64,000 nt of DNA from Spirochaetaceae bacterium (GCA_031283025.1 JAITCP010000157.1:3175-67174); one strand, 5' to 3'. Positions 51,263 to 62,520 are shown, counted from the first letter of the stretch. Notes: generated from the sequence alone by a model not told the origin. Program-made: numbers and translations.

Positions 51263-52045
51263 CTAATCCTTCAATACTTCCGCTTCTACAGCTTTGCGAT
51301 CCGCCGGGTCCAGATAGGAGAGAAGCTTCATTGCCAGAATCCGGGGGTTATCCCCGGCCTGAATGGAAAGAACGCCTTCTATCTGCATTTCCTTTACCAG
51401 GGTTTCCGCGTCATCCTTGCTTTTTAATTTTCCTGCCACGGGGATCAACAGCAGGTTAGCCATCATTGATCCGTACAGGGTGGTGATAAGGGCTACCGCC
51501 ATGTTGGGCCCCAGGGCGCTTTTGTCTTCCAGGTTTTTTAACATACCAATAAGCCCGATAACCGTTCCCAGCATCCCAAGGCCCGGCGCCAGCCCCGCCC
51601 ACATATTAACGGCTCCGATTTTTGCCGCATGACGGTCCTGTATCTGGCTTAGCTCGTTTTCCATAAGTGTGCGTATTACTTCCGCATCCGTGCCGTCCAC
51701 AACCAGCCGCAGGCCTTTTTTCATAAATTCATCGTCAAGGTCTTCCAGTTCTTCTTCCAGGGCAAGAAGCCCTTCCCGGCGGGCTTTTTCCGACATTCCC
51801 ATAAGTTTGGTTATAATTCCCTTTTCATCAAAGGTGGTTATCTTCATGGCCAGCCCTATGATGCTAAAAATACTCAGAGCGCCGGATATGCTGCTAAAGG
51901 TAAAAAGGGCAAACCAGGAACCCAGGACGACTATCAATACTGACGGAATATCCACAAAGGTGAGAAGGCCGGAACCTCCGACGACAATACCGAGTCCAAC
52001 CATGCCAAAACAGCCGGCCAGGCCGATTATGGTTCCTATATCCAT
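51263..52045 (-). CDS. motA: Flagellar stator protein MotA
   Basis: ORF track 260 aa. Four TM segments, GLAPGLGMLGTVIGLIGML..ALITTLYGSMMANLLLIPVAGKL. Confidence 0.9.
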   Translation of the reverse strand: MDIGTIIGLAGCFGMVGLGIVVGGSGLLTFVDIPSVLIVVLGSWFALFTFSSISGALSIFSIIGLAMKITTFDEKGIITKLMGMSEKARREGLLALEEELEDLDDEFMKKGLRLVVDGTDAEVIRTLMENELSQIQDRHAAKIGAVNMWAGLAPGLGMLGTVIGLIGMLKNLEDKSALGPNMAVALITTLYGSMMANLLLIPVAGKLKSKDDAETLVKEMQIEGVLSIQAGDNPRILAMKLLSYLDPADRKAVEAEVLKD

Positions 52046-52050
52046 GCTAC

Positions 52051-52248
52051 CTACTCCTCATTCTTAAAGGCCCCTATCTGCTTACGGTACTCCACAATAC
52101 GCCTTATTATTTCCTCAACGTTTTCACGGACTACAACATATTTTCCTGACAGCATCAACAGGGTAGTATCAGGATGCACCTCTATGGATTCAATTTGATG
52201 GGGATTGATAAAGTATTCTTTTTCATTCAGTCTGGTTACTTTAATCAT
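52051..52248 (-). CDS. flbD: Flagellar protein FlbD
   Basis: ORF track 65 aa: MIKVTRLNEKEYFINPHQIESIEVHPDTTLLMLSGKYVVVRENVEEIIRRIVEYRKQI. Sits between flgE and motA, as in other spirochetes. Confidence 0.85.
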   Translation of the reverse strand: MIKVTRLNEKEYFINPHQIESIEVHPDTTLLMLSGKYVVVRENVEEIIRRIVEYRKQIGAFKNEE

Positions 52249-52351
52249 AAAGCTCTAAACCCCCTTTGTAAAGGCCCTTTGTAAAGGGGAGGCCCGATGA
52301 ACCGTTGATTAACTTAATGTTAGTCATCGGTTCACCGGAACATAAAGGTTA

Positions 52352-53740
52352 CTAGCGTTTCAGCGTGAGCAATTCCTGCAAAAGCTGATCCGCTGTTTGT
52401 ATAGTCCGGGAATTGGCCTGGAATCCCCGCTGGGTTACGATCATGTCAACAAACTGATCGGCTAGGTCTACGTTGGACATTTCCAGCGCACCGGATATGA
52501 CCTTGCCCTTGCCGGCCACCCGTGCCGGCCCTATGTTGGCAAGGCCGGAGTTAGTGGATTGGACAAAGGTGTTTTCTCCCGCTTTTTCCAAGCCGCCCTG
52601 ATTGGCAAAACTTGCCAGCGCCACCTGGCCCAAAACCCGGTTGGTTCCGTTGCTGAATACCCCGGTAATAACGCCGTTCTGGTCGATCTTGAAGTTGTCC
52701 AGATACCCCATGGCGTAGCCGTCCTGTTCCACCATTTTTGTCGAGCTTTCCTGGGCATACTGGGTAATGTTCCTCTCATAGCCGCCGACGGTTCCCAAAT
52801 CCAGGGTAAAAGCCTGCCGTATGGGGGCGCCGTCCGCGCCGGGGGTTGTGCCCAGCACGTCAAAGGCGATGTTCATCACAACCTGTCCCGCTCCGCCGGA
52901 TTCGTTCCCCGCGCCGTCAATAACGGAAAGTAAAAGCCCGTCATTGTCAAAGTTCACGGTGAATACATTGGGGCCGCCCGTTGCGGGGGCTGCTTCGCCC
53001 AGCCCGACCGCCGCGTTAGTGGGGGGATCGCTTAACGGATCAACCGTAGCCGTAGCGTTCCAACTGTTATTGGCGCCGGGCACTCTGGTAAAATCAACCT
53101 GGAGGGTGTGGACATCTCCAAAGGAGTCGTACACTTTTATGGAACTGCGCCAGGTGCTGGCCCTTACCTGGGCGGGGGTGGGGTCTTCCGGGAGTTCGGG
53201 AATCCGCTTGTCCAGGTTACAGGCAAAATTTACCTGTGTAGTGGCTTTAGCGGGGTCTTTGGAACCCACGGGGATTACCAGGTCTTCCACATCCCGTGAA
53301 ACATCCAGTAACTGATCCTGGGCCATCCAGCCCTGAACCCGCATACCGTTGGCCGGATTGACCAGGGTTCCCTGATTGTCCAGGCCAAAAGTTCCCGCAC
53401 GGGTATAGAAGGTTTGTTCTCCGCTCTTTAGCACAAAGAACCCCGTCCCCATAAGGGCAAGGTCTGTCGGAACCCCGGTAGTTTGGAGCGCCCCCTGAAG
53501 ATGTATCGTATCTATGGAAGCAACGGACATACCCAGGCCGACTTCTTTGGGGTTAATGCCCCCCAAGTCCTCTGTAGGCCGGGCCGCTCCGGCAAGCTGC
53601 TGGTAGAGCATATCCTGAAAATTAACCCGGCCTCTTTTGAAGCCCGTTGTGTTGACGTTGGCAATATTATTGCCCACCACATCCATCCGGGTCTGGTGGT
53701 TTTGAAGTCCCGAAACACCGGCAAATAAAGAACGCATCAT
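52352..53740 (-). CDS. flgE: Flagellar hook protein FlgE
   Basis: ORF track 462 aa. N-terminus [36 protein letters not shown]-terminus [44 protein letters not shown]. Confidence 0.95.
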   Translation of the reverse strand: MMRSLFAGVSGLQNHQTRMDVVGNNIANVNTTGFKRGRVNFQDMLYQQLAGAARPTEDLGGINPKEVGLGMSVASIDTIHLQGALQTTGVPTDLALMGTGFFVLKSGEQTFYTRAGTFGLDNQGTLVNPANGMRVQGWMAQDQLLDVSRDVEDLVIPVGSKDPAKATTQVNFACNLDKRIPELPEDPTPAQVRASTWRSSIKVYDSFGDVHTLQVDFTRVPGANNSWNATATVDPLSDPPTNAAVGLGEAAPATGGPNVFTVNFDNDGLLLSVIDGAGNESGGAGQVVMNIAFDVLGTTPGADGAPIRQAFTLDLGTVGGYERNITQYAQESSTKMVEQDGYAMGYLDNFKIDQNGVITGVFSNGTNRVLGQVALASFANQGGLEKAGENTFVQSTNSGLANIGPARVAGKGKVISGALEMSNVDLADQFVDMIVTQRGFQANSRTIQTADQLLQELLTLKR

Positions 53741-53752
53741 GATTGGTACCTC

Positions 53753-54259
53753 CTATTCAGATACTTCTGTTTCAAATACTTCGGTTACCTGGTCCCAGTC
53801 ATAGTAAAAACCGTTGACTAAAACCTGGGGATCGCCCCCCTTGGTTACCGAGCGGACCACTCCCTGAACAGTTTTGAATCCGTCAAAAATTTCCACTGTT
53901 TTACCCAGGGCGGATGCGGCGCCTGAACCGGAGATCATTTCCGCTATCCGGGCAAAGTCGCGGCTTAGGCTGTTACTGAGTTTGTTAAAACCTTCAGACA
54001 TGGCCGTCATTTGTTCCAGGCTGGAAAATTGGGCCATCTGGGCGATAAACGCCTTGTCATCCATCGGGGACAGAGGGTCCTGATAGGCAAGCTGTTTCAT
54101 CAATAATTGAAGAAAATCATCTTTTCCCAGGGCTTGCCGGGGGATCCTTCCGTTTTCTTTGTCCTTTTCAAAGGTTTCAAAGTTAAATTGCCTGACTTCC
54201 ATGTCCCGCAGCGCTTTTTCCTGCGGATCCATCCGCAGATTCATCTCTACTGCTGACAT
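53753..54259 (-). CDS. flgD: Flagellar hook assembly (capping) protein FlgD
   Basis: ORF track 168 aa: LGKDDFLQLLMKQLAYQDPLSPMDDKAFIAQMAQFSSLEQM. Confidence 0.9.
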   Translation of the reverse strand: MSAVEMNLRMDPQEKALRDMEVRQFNFETFEKDKENGRIPRQALGKDDFLQLLMKQLAYQDPLSPMDDKAFIAQMAQFSSLEQMTAMSEGFNKLSNSLSRDFARIAEMISGSGAASALGKTVEIFDGFKTVQGVVRSVTKGGDPQVLVNGFYYDWDQVTEVFETEVSE

Positions 54260-54283
54260 TGTTTACTCCTCTATCATTTTTGT

Positions 54284-55570
54284 TTAGACCAGCATATTAA
54301 CGGCGGTAAGCCCAAAACCAAAGTTGTAAGCGCCGAATGATTCCGCCGGTTCCGCCGCCTCTTCATAAGTGGCGGCCAAACGTTCGGAAAAGAACGGTTC
54401 CGGCGCGTCTTTTTCCTGCCAACGCTGTCCGTCATTCCGGTAATCAAGGGCCGCATTCAGCGACGCTTCAAAACCGGAATCCTTAAAGGCCTGTTCCAGG
54501 GTATGAATTTCCTGTTCAAAGGCCCTTAGGGCTTCTTCGCTTTCCACGACGATATGCCCTAATATCTTGTTTTCGGCCATTTCCAGATGTATCTTAACTT
54601 TCCCCAGGGTTTCCGGTTTTAGGGAAAGCCGTATCGTGCCTTCCCCGCCGTCCCGGAGCACCACGGCGGCCTGTTTGACAATGTCCGTGGAAAGGTCTCC
54701 GTTGAGTTCCCGTGCGAGGACTTGGGCAAAGTTTTCCCCGCCGGTTCGGGTGTTGTTTTCCGTTCCGGCGGCCTCGCCGCGCCGTTCGCCCGCAGGCCGC
54801 AGTTCCAGGACGATTTCTGTTTCCGCATGGCTGCGGACTTCTTCCGCCCCTTTAAGGCCCTGTTCGGCTATTACCCCCGCCTCCGTCCCGGTTTGGGTAC
54901 GCAGATCGCGGACTTCTACGGAAATTCTGTCCCGCCGCCGTTCGGTTTTTTTGGTTTTTGGTTCGTTTTCCGTGGGCGGAACAGCTTCTTTTTTGGAACG
55001 CAGTCCCGGATTCAGGCCCGAATTCAAACCTGCATTCCGGGCTTCCGCCTCGACGGCGGTTTCCGGTTTTTCCCGGTTACGGAAGGGGAACCTGCGTTCC
55101 GCCGTATTCTTTTGCTGTTCGGTGGGCACGTCCTTTAGAACGACCTGTTCGGAAACAAGACCCTTGTCCGCCGTCCGGTCTGCCTGCAGCCGGATAAAAT
55201 GTAATGCGTCTAATTCACTTTGGCGGTTTTTTTCTGCGGTTTCTTTTTGTTTTTTCCCTTTTAAGAGAGAAACGGAAACGTCGTCCCCGTCCTTCCCCAA
55301 GGGGAATTGCCGCTGCTTGCCTCCGGCAAGGCGAATGGCCTTTTCCTTGCCGTTGATTTGTGCGGTACCCGCTTCCTCAGCGGCACCCGCTTCCTCAGCG
55401 GCAGTCTTCCGGGATGCAACTGCATCCGGTTGTGTTTTTTTGTTTATTAGTCCAGCGAGTAGTTTGGCAAAGCCCCCCAGCGCGTCATTTTTACGGCCTT
55501 TTTTGGGGCTTTCCGGTCTCTCTAACCGGCTAAGTTCCGGTTCAGTGGGCTTTTGTTCGATTGTAATCAT
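54284..55570 (-). CDS. fliK: Flagellar hook-length control protein (FliK-like)
   Basis: ORF-track ORF 54284..55732 overlaps flbB. ATG 55570 (MITIEQKPTEPELSRL) follows GAGGAGG. C-terminal Flg_hook-like: GTIRLSLKPETLGKVKIHLEMAENKILGHIVVESEEALRAFEQEIHTLEQAFKDSGF. Confidence 0.8.
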   Translation of the reverse strand: MITIEQKPTEPELSRLERPESPKKGRKNDALGGFAKLLAGLINKKTQPDAVASRKTAAEEAGAAEEAGTAQINGKEKAIRLAGGKQRQFPLGKDGDDVSVSLLKGKKQKETAEKNRQSELDALHFIRLQADRTADKGLVSEQVVLKDVPTEQQKNTAERRFPFRNREKPETAVEAEARNAGLNSGLNPGLRSKKEAVPPTENEPKTKKTERRRDRISVEVRDLRTQTGTEAGVIAEQGLKGAEEVRSHAETEIVLELRPAGERRGEAAGTENNTRTGGENFAQVLARELNGDLSTDIVKQAAVVLRDGGEGTIRLSLKPETLGKVKIHLEMAENKILGHIVVESEEALRAFEQEIHTLEQAFKDSGFEASLNAALDYRNDGQRWQEKDAPEPFFSERLAATYEEAAEPAESFGAYNFGFGLTAVNMLV

Positions 55571-55647
55571 CGCCGCCCGGCCTCCTCTATAGGGAAACCA
55601 TGTTTCCGTAAGGAAACGGTTTCCCGGAATTCCGGAACAGCCGATTT

Positions 55648-56262
55648 TTATGGGGAACTGGCAACCATTTTCCGCTGCAGTTCCGCCGCCCTTGCGGCTC
55701 CTTCCGGCGTTGCCGCCATTAGTTGGAGCCAATAAGGAACCAGAGAGCCAGTTCCGTCCCGCTGGGCTACTTCATCGGTTTTCCGGAGTACGTCGATTGC
55801 ATTCTGATCGTTCATAGCCGTAATAATCGCCACCGCTCGCTCCGGTTGCATATTGGTCAGCCATTGGGAAATGCCCTCAACGTTTCTTTCCTTATTTTCG
55901 GCGCTTAAGAGCATATCATTTATGGAATTTTCCATTTCATCCAGCGCTTTCTGCCGTTCTTCCAGTTCCTGGGCCATTTGTTCCAATTCGGCTATTTTTG
56001 AGGTAATTTCATCTTCCCGCTTGTCCATGTCCAGTTCCCGCAGGGCCTCCGCCTCCAGCCGCATTGCCAGCCGTTCCGCGTCAAGGTTAAGAAAGTCGTC
56101 GGGGCCCAATTCTTCCCCGGTACGGCCTTCTTTGCCGATAAACTTGTACAGGGGAGCCAGCGTGGTCTTTGCGTCAATCACGTTCAGGTAGTCAAACCAG
56201 AGTATGCCCCCGCCTGCCAGGATGAGGATCAGTATCAATAGTATGATTATTCTGCCTGCCAC
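55648..56262 (-). CDS. flbB: Spirochete flagellar collar protein FlbB-like (N-terminal TM plus MotE/MgtE-N-like domain)
   Basis: ORF track 204 aa, GTG start after GGGAGG. TM RIIILLILILILAGGGILWF, coiled coil, then VEGISQWLTNMQPERAVAIITAMNDQNAIDVLRK. Lies upstream of fliK-flgD-flgE, as in Borrelia/Treponema. Confidence 0.7.
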   Translation of the reverse strand: MAGRIIILLILILILAGGGILWFDYLNVIDAKTTLAPLYKFIGKEGRTGEELGPDDFLNLDAERLAMRLEAEALRELDMDKREDEITSKIAELEQMAQELEERQKALDEMENSINDMLLSAENKERNVEGISQWLTNMQPERAVAIITAMNDQNAIDVLRKTDEVAQRDGTGSLVPYWLQLMAATPEGAARAAELQRKMVASSP

Positions 56263-56320
56263 GGCCTCCCTCCCCCAAATTAGCTCTTATTATATTATTA
56301 ACGGCAAAAAAATCAAAGTG

Positions 56321-57412
56321 TTAAGGGGGCGGCCCCAACAGTTCCATCCGAGCCTTGACATAGTCCAGCCTGTCGTGGTTAAGCACTGTCCGGCGGTACG
56401 GGGTTTCCCGGAGCTTCTCTATGCGGTAATTTCCCCGGCTGACAAATTTTTTCTCCTCCCCTTCAATAAACCAGTAAACAAGGGCGATGTTTTCATCGTT
56501 CAATTCCAGGGCGGTGATGCCCCGGCGGCTGATGGCGCTGCCTGAGTTAAACAGACAGGGCACGGGAAGCTCGTCGCCGTAGAGGCTCTGGCGCAGTACA
56601 TCCCGCCGCTCGGAACGCTTTAGTTTGCCCAGTTCACTGCGGAGGGCGGACACTTCCGCGGCAATGCGGCTTTTTTCCCCCTCCCGTGAAGCGGGATAAT
56701 CCCTGCAAAGCCGCTCGATCTCGAACTTGATAAAGTCATAGCGGCCCAGGGATTCAAAAAGAGAGCGGTGGGTATGGCCTATGATAGAGATGCAGTTGTT
56801 TTTCATGGAAAAAGCATAGGCCATTTTTTCTACAAAAAAACGCCGGTGGGGGTTGCGGGCGGCGGAAATGTTTTTGATGCCGAAGGGAGTCAAAATGTAC
56901 CGGACGAAATTCCGGGCCAACGCGTTATAATTGGTATAGACAGAAGAAGCCTGATGCCCGTGGTAAACAAAAATGGGGAGTTCGCTGGTTTCTATTTGAA
57001 GTATCTGGTACAGGGGATAGGGGTAATTTTTTTCATGGACAAGGTCTTCATCATGGTTTCCCAGGGTTTTATAGAGCCGGTTTACTCCGGCAAATAAATC
57101 AAAGACCCGGTAGAGCGCCTGCCACTGCTTTTGTATGGAGGTATAGGAGTAGCGGTGCAGTTCTTCCACGTCACCGTTAAGTACCAGATTCCAGCCCTGA
57201 GGGTAATAGTAGTTTTCCAGCATGGAGATAAGGAGGGCGCCGTTTGGGGCCAGATCGTCCCGCTTTCCGCAGCCCATGTGAAGATCGCTTATCACCAGCA
57301 CCTTTGTATCCTGCCCCCGCAAATCCAGGAGGGCGCGGCGCTGGTTATCCGGGGCAGTTGTTTGGACAACGGCGCTGTGCAGCGCCATATCGGGGAAAAA
57401 ATTCTTTGCCAC
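56321..57412 (-). CDS. Calcineurin-like metallophosphoesterase
   Basis: ORF track 363 aa (GTG; alternative ATG 57388): VLVISDLHMGCGKRDD, LVLNGDVEEL, TLGNHDEDL, VYHGHQ, IIGHTHR. Confidence 0.85.
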   Translation of the reverse strand: MAKNFFPDMALHSAVVQTTAPDNQRRALLDLRGQDTKVLVISDLHMGCGKRDDLAPNGALLISMLENYYYPQGWNLVLNGDVEELHRYSYTSIQKQWQALYRVFDLFAGVNRLYKTLGNHDEDLVHEKNYPYPLYQILQIETSELPIFVYHGHQASSVYTNYNALARNFVRYILTPFGIKNISAARNPHRRFFVEKMAYAFSMKNNCISIIGHTHRSLFESLGRYDFIKFEIERLCRDYPASREGEKSRIAAEVSALRSELGKLKRSERRDVLRQSLYGDELPVPCLFNSGSAISRRGITALELNDENIALVYWFIEGEEKKFVSRGNYRIEKLRETPYRRTVLNHDRLDYVKARMELLGPPP

Positions 57413-57417
57413 TTTAA

Positions 57418-58803
57418 TTAGCCTTCTACAGTAGTACCGGATGATTCTGTTTGGAGCGTCTGAAGCGCTGCCACTGTTTTTTCCATTTCATCTTCAGTTC
57501 CAAGGCCCTTGCGGCGGCTTTTGTACTCCAGAAAATCCCAGCGGGTAACAATACCAATAAGCGTATCATTTTCAATGATGGGAAGATGGCCAATGTGGTT
57601 TTTAAAAAATACCCTCTCAACTTCCCGCATGGTAACCGCCGGATGGGAACTGATTATATTTTTCGACATATAGGCGCTTACCGGAGCGTGCATTTGGGAA
57701 ACCCGCCGGGCTTTCATTATGTCGCGCAGGCCTATAAAGCCTGAAATTTTCCCCTGATTGTCCAGAACCGGAAGCCCTGTGTGGTTCACTTTTTCCATGT
57801 ATATGGAAGCGTCCATAACAGAGGAGTTTTCATGTATAGTGAACACATCCGTTGTCATAACGTCTTTGGCGCAGGTAGCGGGAACCAGTGATTTTTCCAG
57901 GTGGTTCAAAAATTCCTCGTAGAAGAGGGGCCCTTCCTGGCCGCGGAGCATCAAAGAGGCGGCCAGTTGGTGCCCGCCGCCGCCGTAGTCCCTTAATAAT
58001 GCATGAAGGTTGATACGCTGTTTCTGGCTTCTGGTAATAACCAAAATGGTCTTGGTTTTTCGGACAAAGAAAACGGCAAAGTACGCGTCGGGATTTTCTA
58101 TTTCCATGATCTTTTCTACCACCGGGGCAAGGCCGGGGATGTTTTCATCAAGTTCAAGGTAGGATAAAAGTATCTCATGGCCGTGGATCAGCTTTTTTTC
58201 TACCATTAAAAGGAGTTGGTTAAGTACCAACAACTGGTCGTCTTCCCTGATTGTTTCCAGAAATGACTTAACCAGCCGTAGGGATCCCCCCATGTCCAGA
58301 AGCCAGGCTGCCGCTTCCAGGTCTCCCCGGCAGACATTCTCGTAAATAAGCCGGCCTGTGTCGGCATATATCCCCGTTAGGGCTATCGTGGCTTCCTCAC
58401 TTGTAAGCGTAATTCCCTGTTCCATGGCAAGTTTGGCCAGGTAACTGGTGTTGGCGCCCCAATTTTTGCCCGCGTTCTCCGCCCCCGGTATATTACATTC
58501 TTCATTGGGATGGTGATCATAAATCGTAATCCGGGGCTCTTGATTGCGCATATACTTAAAATATTCTTTAACCCTTTCAGCGCTGGAGGTATCTACGATG
58601 ATTATGTGCTCTATTTTTTCCTTTTCCAGGTCCTTGGGATCAATAAAATTAAAGTATTCTTTATATAAATTGTATACGCCATAGGCCATTGGGTGGATGA
58701 TCCGGCTTCTTACAAGAACATGATCCGGAAAGAGCTTTTTAGCCAGAATGAGAGAACCCAAACAGTCAAAATCCATGTTGGTATGGCCAAAAGTAATGTT
58801 CAC
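57418..58803 (-). CDS. DHH-family phosphoesterase with tandem CBS domains
   Basis: ORF-track ORF 57418..58917 would overlap the divergent rdgB start by 69 nt. I prefer GTG 58803 (VNITFGHTNMDFDCLGS, DHH motif I). IIIVDTS, GIYADTG, GGGGH (DHHA1-like). CBS pair: VMTTDVFTIHENSSVMDA...LPVLDNQGKISGFIGLRDI and HIGHLPIIENDTLIGIVTRWD. Confidence 0.7.
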   Translation of the reverse strand: MNITFGHTNMDFDCLGSLILAKKLFPDHVLVRSRIIHPMAYGVYNLYKEYFNFIDPKDLEKEKIEHIIIVDTSSAERVKEYFKYMRNQEPRITIYDHHPNEECNIPGAENAGKNWGANTSYLAKLAMEQGITLTSEEATIALTGIYADTGRLIYENVCRGDLEAAAWLLDMGGSLRLVKSFLETIREDDQLLVLNQLLLMVEKKLIHGHEILLSYLELDENIPGLAPVVEKIMEIENPDAYFAVFFVRKTKTILVITRSQKQRINLHALLRDYGGGGHQLAASLMLRGQEGPLFYEEFLNHLEKSLVPATCAKDVMTTDVFTIHENSSVMDASIYMEKVNHTGLPVLDNQGKISGFIGLRDIMKARRVSQMHAPVSAYMSKNIISSHPAVTMREVERVFFKNHIGHLPIIENDTLIGIVTRWDFLEYKSRRKGLGTEDEMEKTVAALQTLQTESSGTTVEG

Positions 58804-58848
58804 ACTTAAAGTATAGCATGGATAATTAGTCTGTGCTACACTGCTGCA

Positions 58849-59604
58849 ATGAATATTTGGCTTGCGTCGGGAAACAAGCACAAACAACAGGAATTGGCCG
58901 CCATTTTTGCCGATCATACCCTCAAAATTCCCGCCGATGCTGGAGTTACAGGCTTTGACCCGCCGGAAACCGGCGCGAATTTTGCGGAAAACGCCCTGAT
59001 TAAAGCCGGGGCGCTCTACAATATGCTGAATTTAAGCTCCGGTTGTCCGGGAAATCATGGGCCGGTACTGGCCGATGACTCCGGGCTTTGCGTAGATGCG
59101 TTAGGGGGAAGGCCGGGTGTTTACTCCGCCCGCTATTACGGTAAAGACAGTTGGGACAGTAACGGAACATTCCGGCCATTCGGAGAAACCCGGCCTAACG
59201 GGGCGGCCCAGCCAGGCGGGAGGCCCCCGCTTGACGGGATGACGCTGAAAAACATAAGCGATGAAGAGCGGAATTCCCTGCTATTGGAGGAAATCGCCGC
59301 CGCCCTTGAGAAACGGCCACAGGGGGCGATGCCCCTGCAAGGAACGGGAGCACGCGGCTGCCGTTTTGTCTGCGCTATGGTTCTTTTTTATAGTAAAGAC
59401 CGCTTTTTTCTGGTACAGGAAACCTTGGAGGGGGAAATCGTCCCCTCCGCCGCAGAAATCCGGGGCAGGGGGGGCTTTGGCTATGATCCGATCATGTACC
59501 TGCCGGAATTGGGCCGTACCGTAGCGGAACTGCCGGAAGAAGAAAAAAACCGCCTGAGCCATCGCGGCAAGGCGGGAAGGGCAATAGCAAAACTGCTATT
59601 GTAA
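58849..59604 (+). CDS. rdgB: Non-canonical purine NTP pyrophosphatase (RdgB/HAM1) with internal insertion
   Basis: ORF track 251 aa: MNIWLASGNKHKQQELAAIF, ENALIKA, LADDSGLCVDALGGRPGVYSARY, GGFGYDPIMYLPELGRTVAELPEEEKNRLSHRGKA. About 50 extra residues sit between SARYYG and CRFVCAM. Confidence 0.85.
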   Translation: MNIWLASGNKHKQQELAAIFADHTLKIPADAGVTGFDPPETGANFAENALIKAGALYNMLNLSSGCPGNHGPVLADDSGLCVDALGGRPGVYSARYYGKDSWDSNGTFRPFGETRPNGAAQPGGRPPLDGMTLKNISDEERNSLLLEEIAAALEKRPQGAMPLQGTGARGCRFVCAMVLFYSKDRFFLVQETLEGEIVPSAAEIRGRGGFGYDPIMYLPELGRTVAELPEEEKNRLSHRGKAGRAIAKLLL

Positions 59605-61155
59605 CGGCCCCCGGTACTGAAGCAGGCCCAGGGAATCCAGCCGTTTTTGGTGTACCGGAAGCCGCCGGGCAAAGTCCTCAAAGTCCTTGCCTTCACGGGG
59701 AGTCCACAGGGCCTCGGCAATGGCGCAGAGCCGGGGGAAGATCATGTACTCGGCGATTTTCCCCGCATAGATGAGTTCAGACCACAGGTTGCACTGGCCC
59801 CCCAGAATCCTGGCGGCTTCTTCCGCGCTCATTTCCGGGGTAACCGGATCCATGGAATAACTTTGGGCCACCGGGGAAATCACAAAAGCCTGCCCCGGCT
59901 CTTCCGCGTCGTCTGTGTGTTTATAATCCAGATAACAGCCGCCGGTGTTCGGGCACATGATCACCGGATGCCCCAGAGCGCTTGCACGTTTTCCACCCTC
60001 ACTGCCCCTCCAGGACATTACTACCGTTTCTTTGGGAAGTTTGAACTGCATGGAATCTTCCAGCACTTCATCCCAGCCGATGGCAGTCTTGCCCCGTTCG
60101 GCAAGCATATTGACAAGCCGTAGCGTTATCCAGCTTTGCAGTTCCTCGGCGCGTTTCAGCCCAAGTTCGGAAAGCCGCCTTTTGCATTTGGGGCAGGCCT
60201 TCCAGTTGTCAAACCGCACCTCATCCCCGCCTATATGCACGTAGGAAGAAGGGAAAAGCCGGGCCAGCGCGTTAAAGACACCGGCGGCTAAATCGAATAT
60301 TCTGCCGCTTCCCGCGCAGAGCACGTTCTCCAGAATGCCGGTACGTTCCTCCACCCGGTACGGCCCGCCGGTACAGCCAAAACCAGGATAGGAAGCGAGG
60401 ATTGCGCTTGCATGGCCGGGCAAATCAACTTCGGGGATAACCTCGATATGGCGGGAAGCGGCATAATCCACCAGTTCACGGATTTCGTCTTCCCGGTAAA
60501 ATCCGCCTGAGTAGGGCATTCCCGGCAGCCTGCGTTCCTGACGGCGGGAACCGATTTCCGTAAGCAGGGGGTATTCCTCAACGGGAAGCCGCCAGCCCTG
60601 ATCATCGGTTAAGTGCCAATGAAACCGGTTGATATGGTGCAGGGAAAGAACGTCAATAAGGCGTTTGATAAAGGGAAGCGAATAGAAATGCCGGGCGCTG
60701 TCCAGCATAAATCCCCGCCATGAAAAACGGGGGTAGTCGGTGATTTCACAGCAGGGCAGGGTTATTCCGTGTTCCGGGGAAACCCCGCCGTCCCGGTATT
60801 CAGAGAGGACAAGCTGGCGGAAGGTCTGCAACCCGTGATAAGCGCCCGCCCCGGCTGCGGCTTTAACGGTAACGGCGTCTTTTGTGATACAGAGCCGGTA
60901 CGCTTCAGAGCGGGTATTGCCTACCCCATCCGGAAGTTCTTCTTTTTGACAATTTACTTCCTGATAATGGGCCGGTTTTTTTTCCCTGTCAAAAAAAACA
61001 GGACAGCCCGTCCAATCCTGGCGGAGCTGTCCGGCAGCCAGTTGAATTTCTTCATGGAAACATTCATCCCCTTTCAGGAGAGGCAGGCCCGGGCATTGAA
61101 AAAATCCTTCCCCATACCGGATGGAAACCGGCTGGGGAATGATTGATAATGGCAA
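59596..61155 (-). CDS. Glycoside hydrolase family 20 beta-N-acetylhexosaminidase
   Basis: ORF track 519 aa. TTG start directly abuts the gdhA TAG. RGFMLDSARHF, NRFHWHLTDDQGWR, VHIGGDEV. No signal peptide. Confidence 0.85.
   Translation of the reverse strand: MPLSIIPQPVSIRYGEGFFQCPGLPLLKGDECFHEEIQLAAGQLRQDWTGCPVFFDREKKPAHYQEVNCQKEELPDGVGNTRSEAYRLCITKDAVTVKAAAGAGAYHGLQTFRQLVLSEYRDGGVSPEHGITLPCCEITDYPRFSWRGFMLDSARHFYSLPFIKRLIDVLSLHHINRFHWHLTDDQGWRLPVEEYPLLTEIGSRRQERRLPGMPYSGGFYREDEIRELVDYAASRHIEVIPEVDLPGHASAILASYPGFGCTGGPYRVEERTGILENVLCAGSGRIFDLAAGVFNALARLFPSSYVHIGGDEVRFDNWKACPKCKRRLSELGLKRAEELQSWITLRLVNMLAERGKTAIGWDEVLEDSMQFKLPKETVVMSWRGSEGGKRASALGHPVIMCPNTGGCYLDYKHTDDAEEPGQAFVISPVAQSYSMDPVTPEMSAEEAARILGGQCNLWSELIYAGKIAEYMIFPRLCAIAEALWTPREGKDFEDFARRLPVHQKRLDSLGLLQYRGPLQ

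Positions 61156-62520
<1,365 letters not shown>

Noticed and set aside
54567-55592. 341-aa plus-strand ORF antisense to fliK
   Set aside because: Ser/Arg/Pro-rich low-complexity translation with no RBS. The minus-strand frame carries a recognisable Flg_hook C-terminal domain and fits the operon. This is a typical shadow ORF.
58804-58917. Longer N-terminus (ATG 58917) for the DHH-CBS protein
   Set aside because: It would overlap the divergent rdgB coding start by 69 nt and would add a non-conserved-looking 38 aa before DHH motif I. The GTG 58803 choice is itself uncertain (no clear SD).
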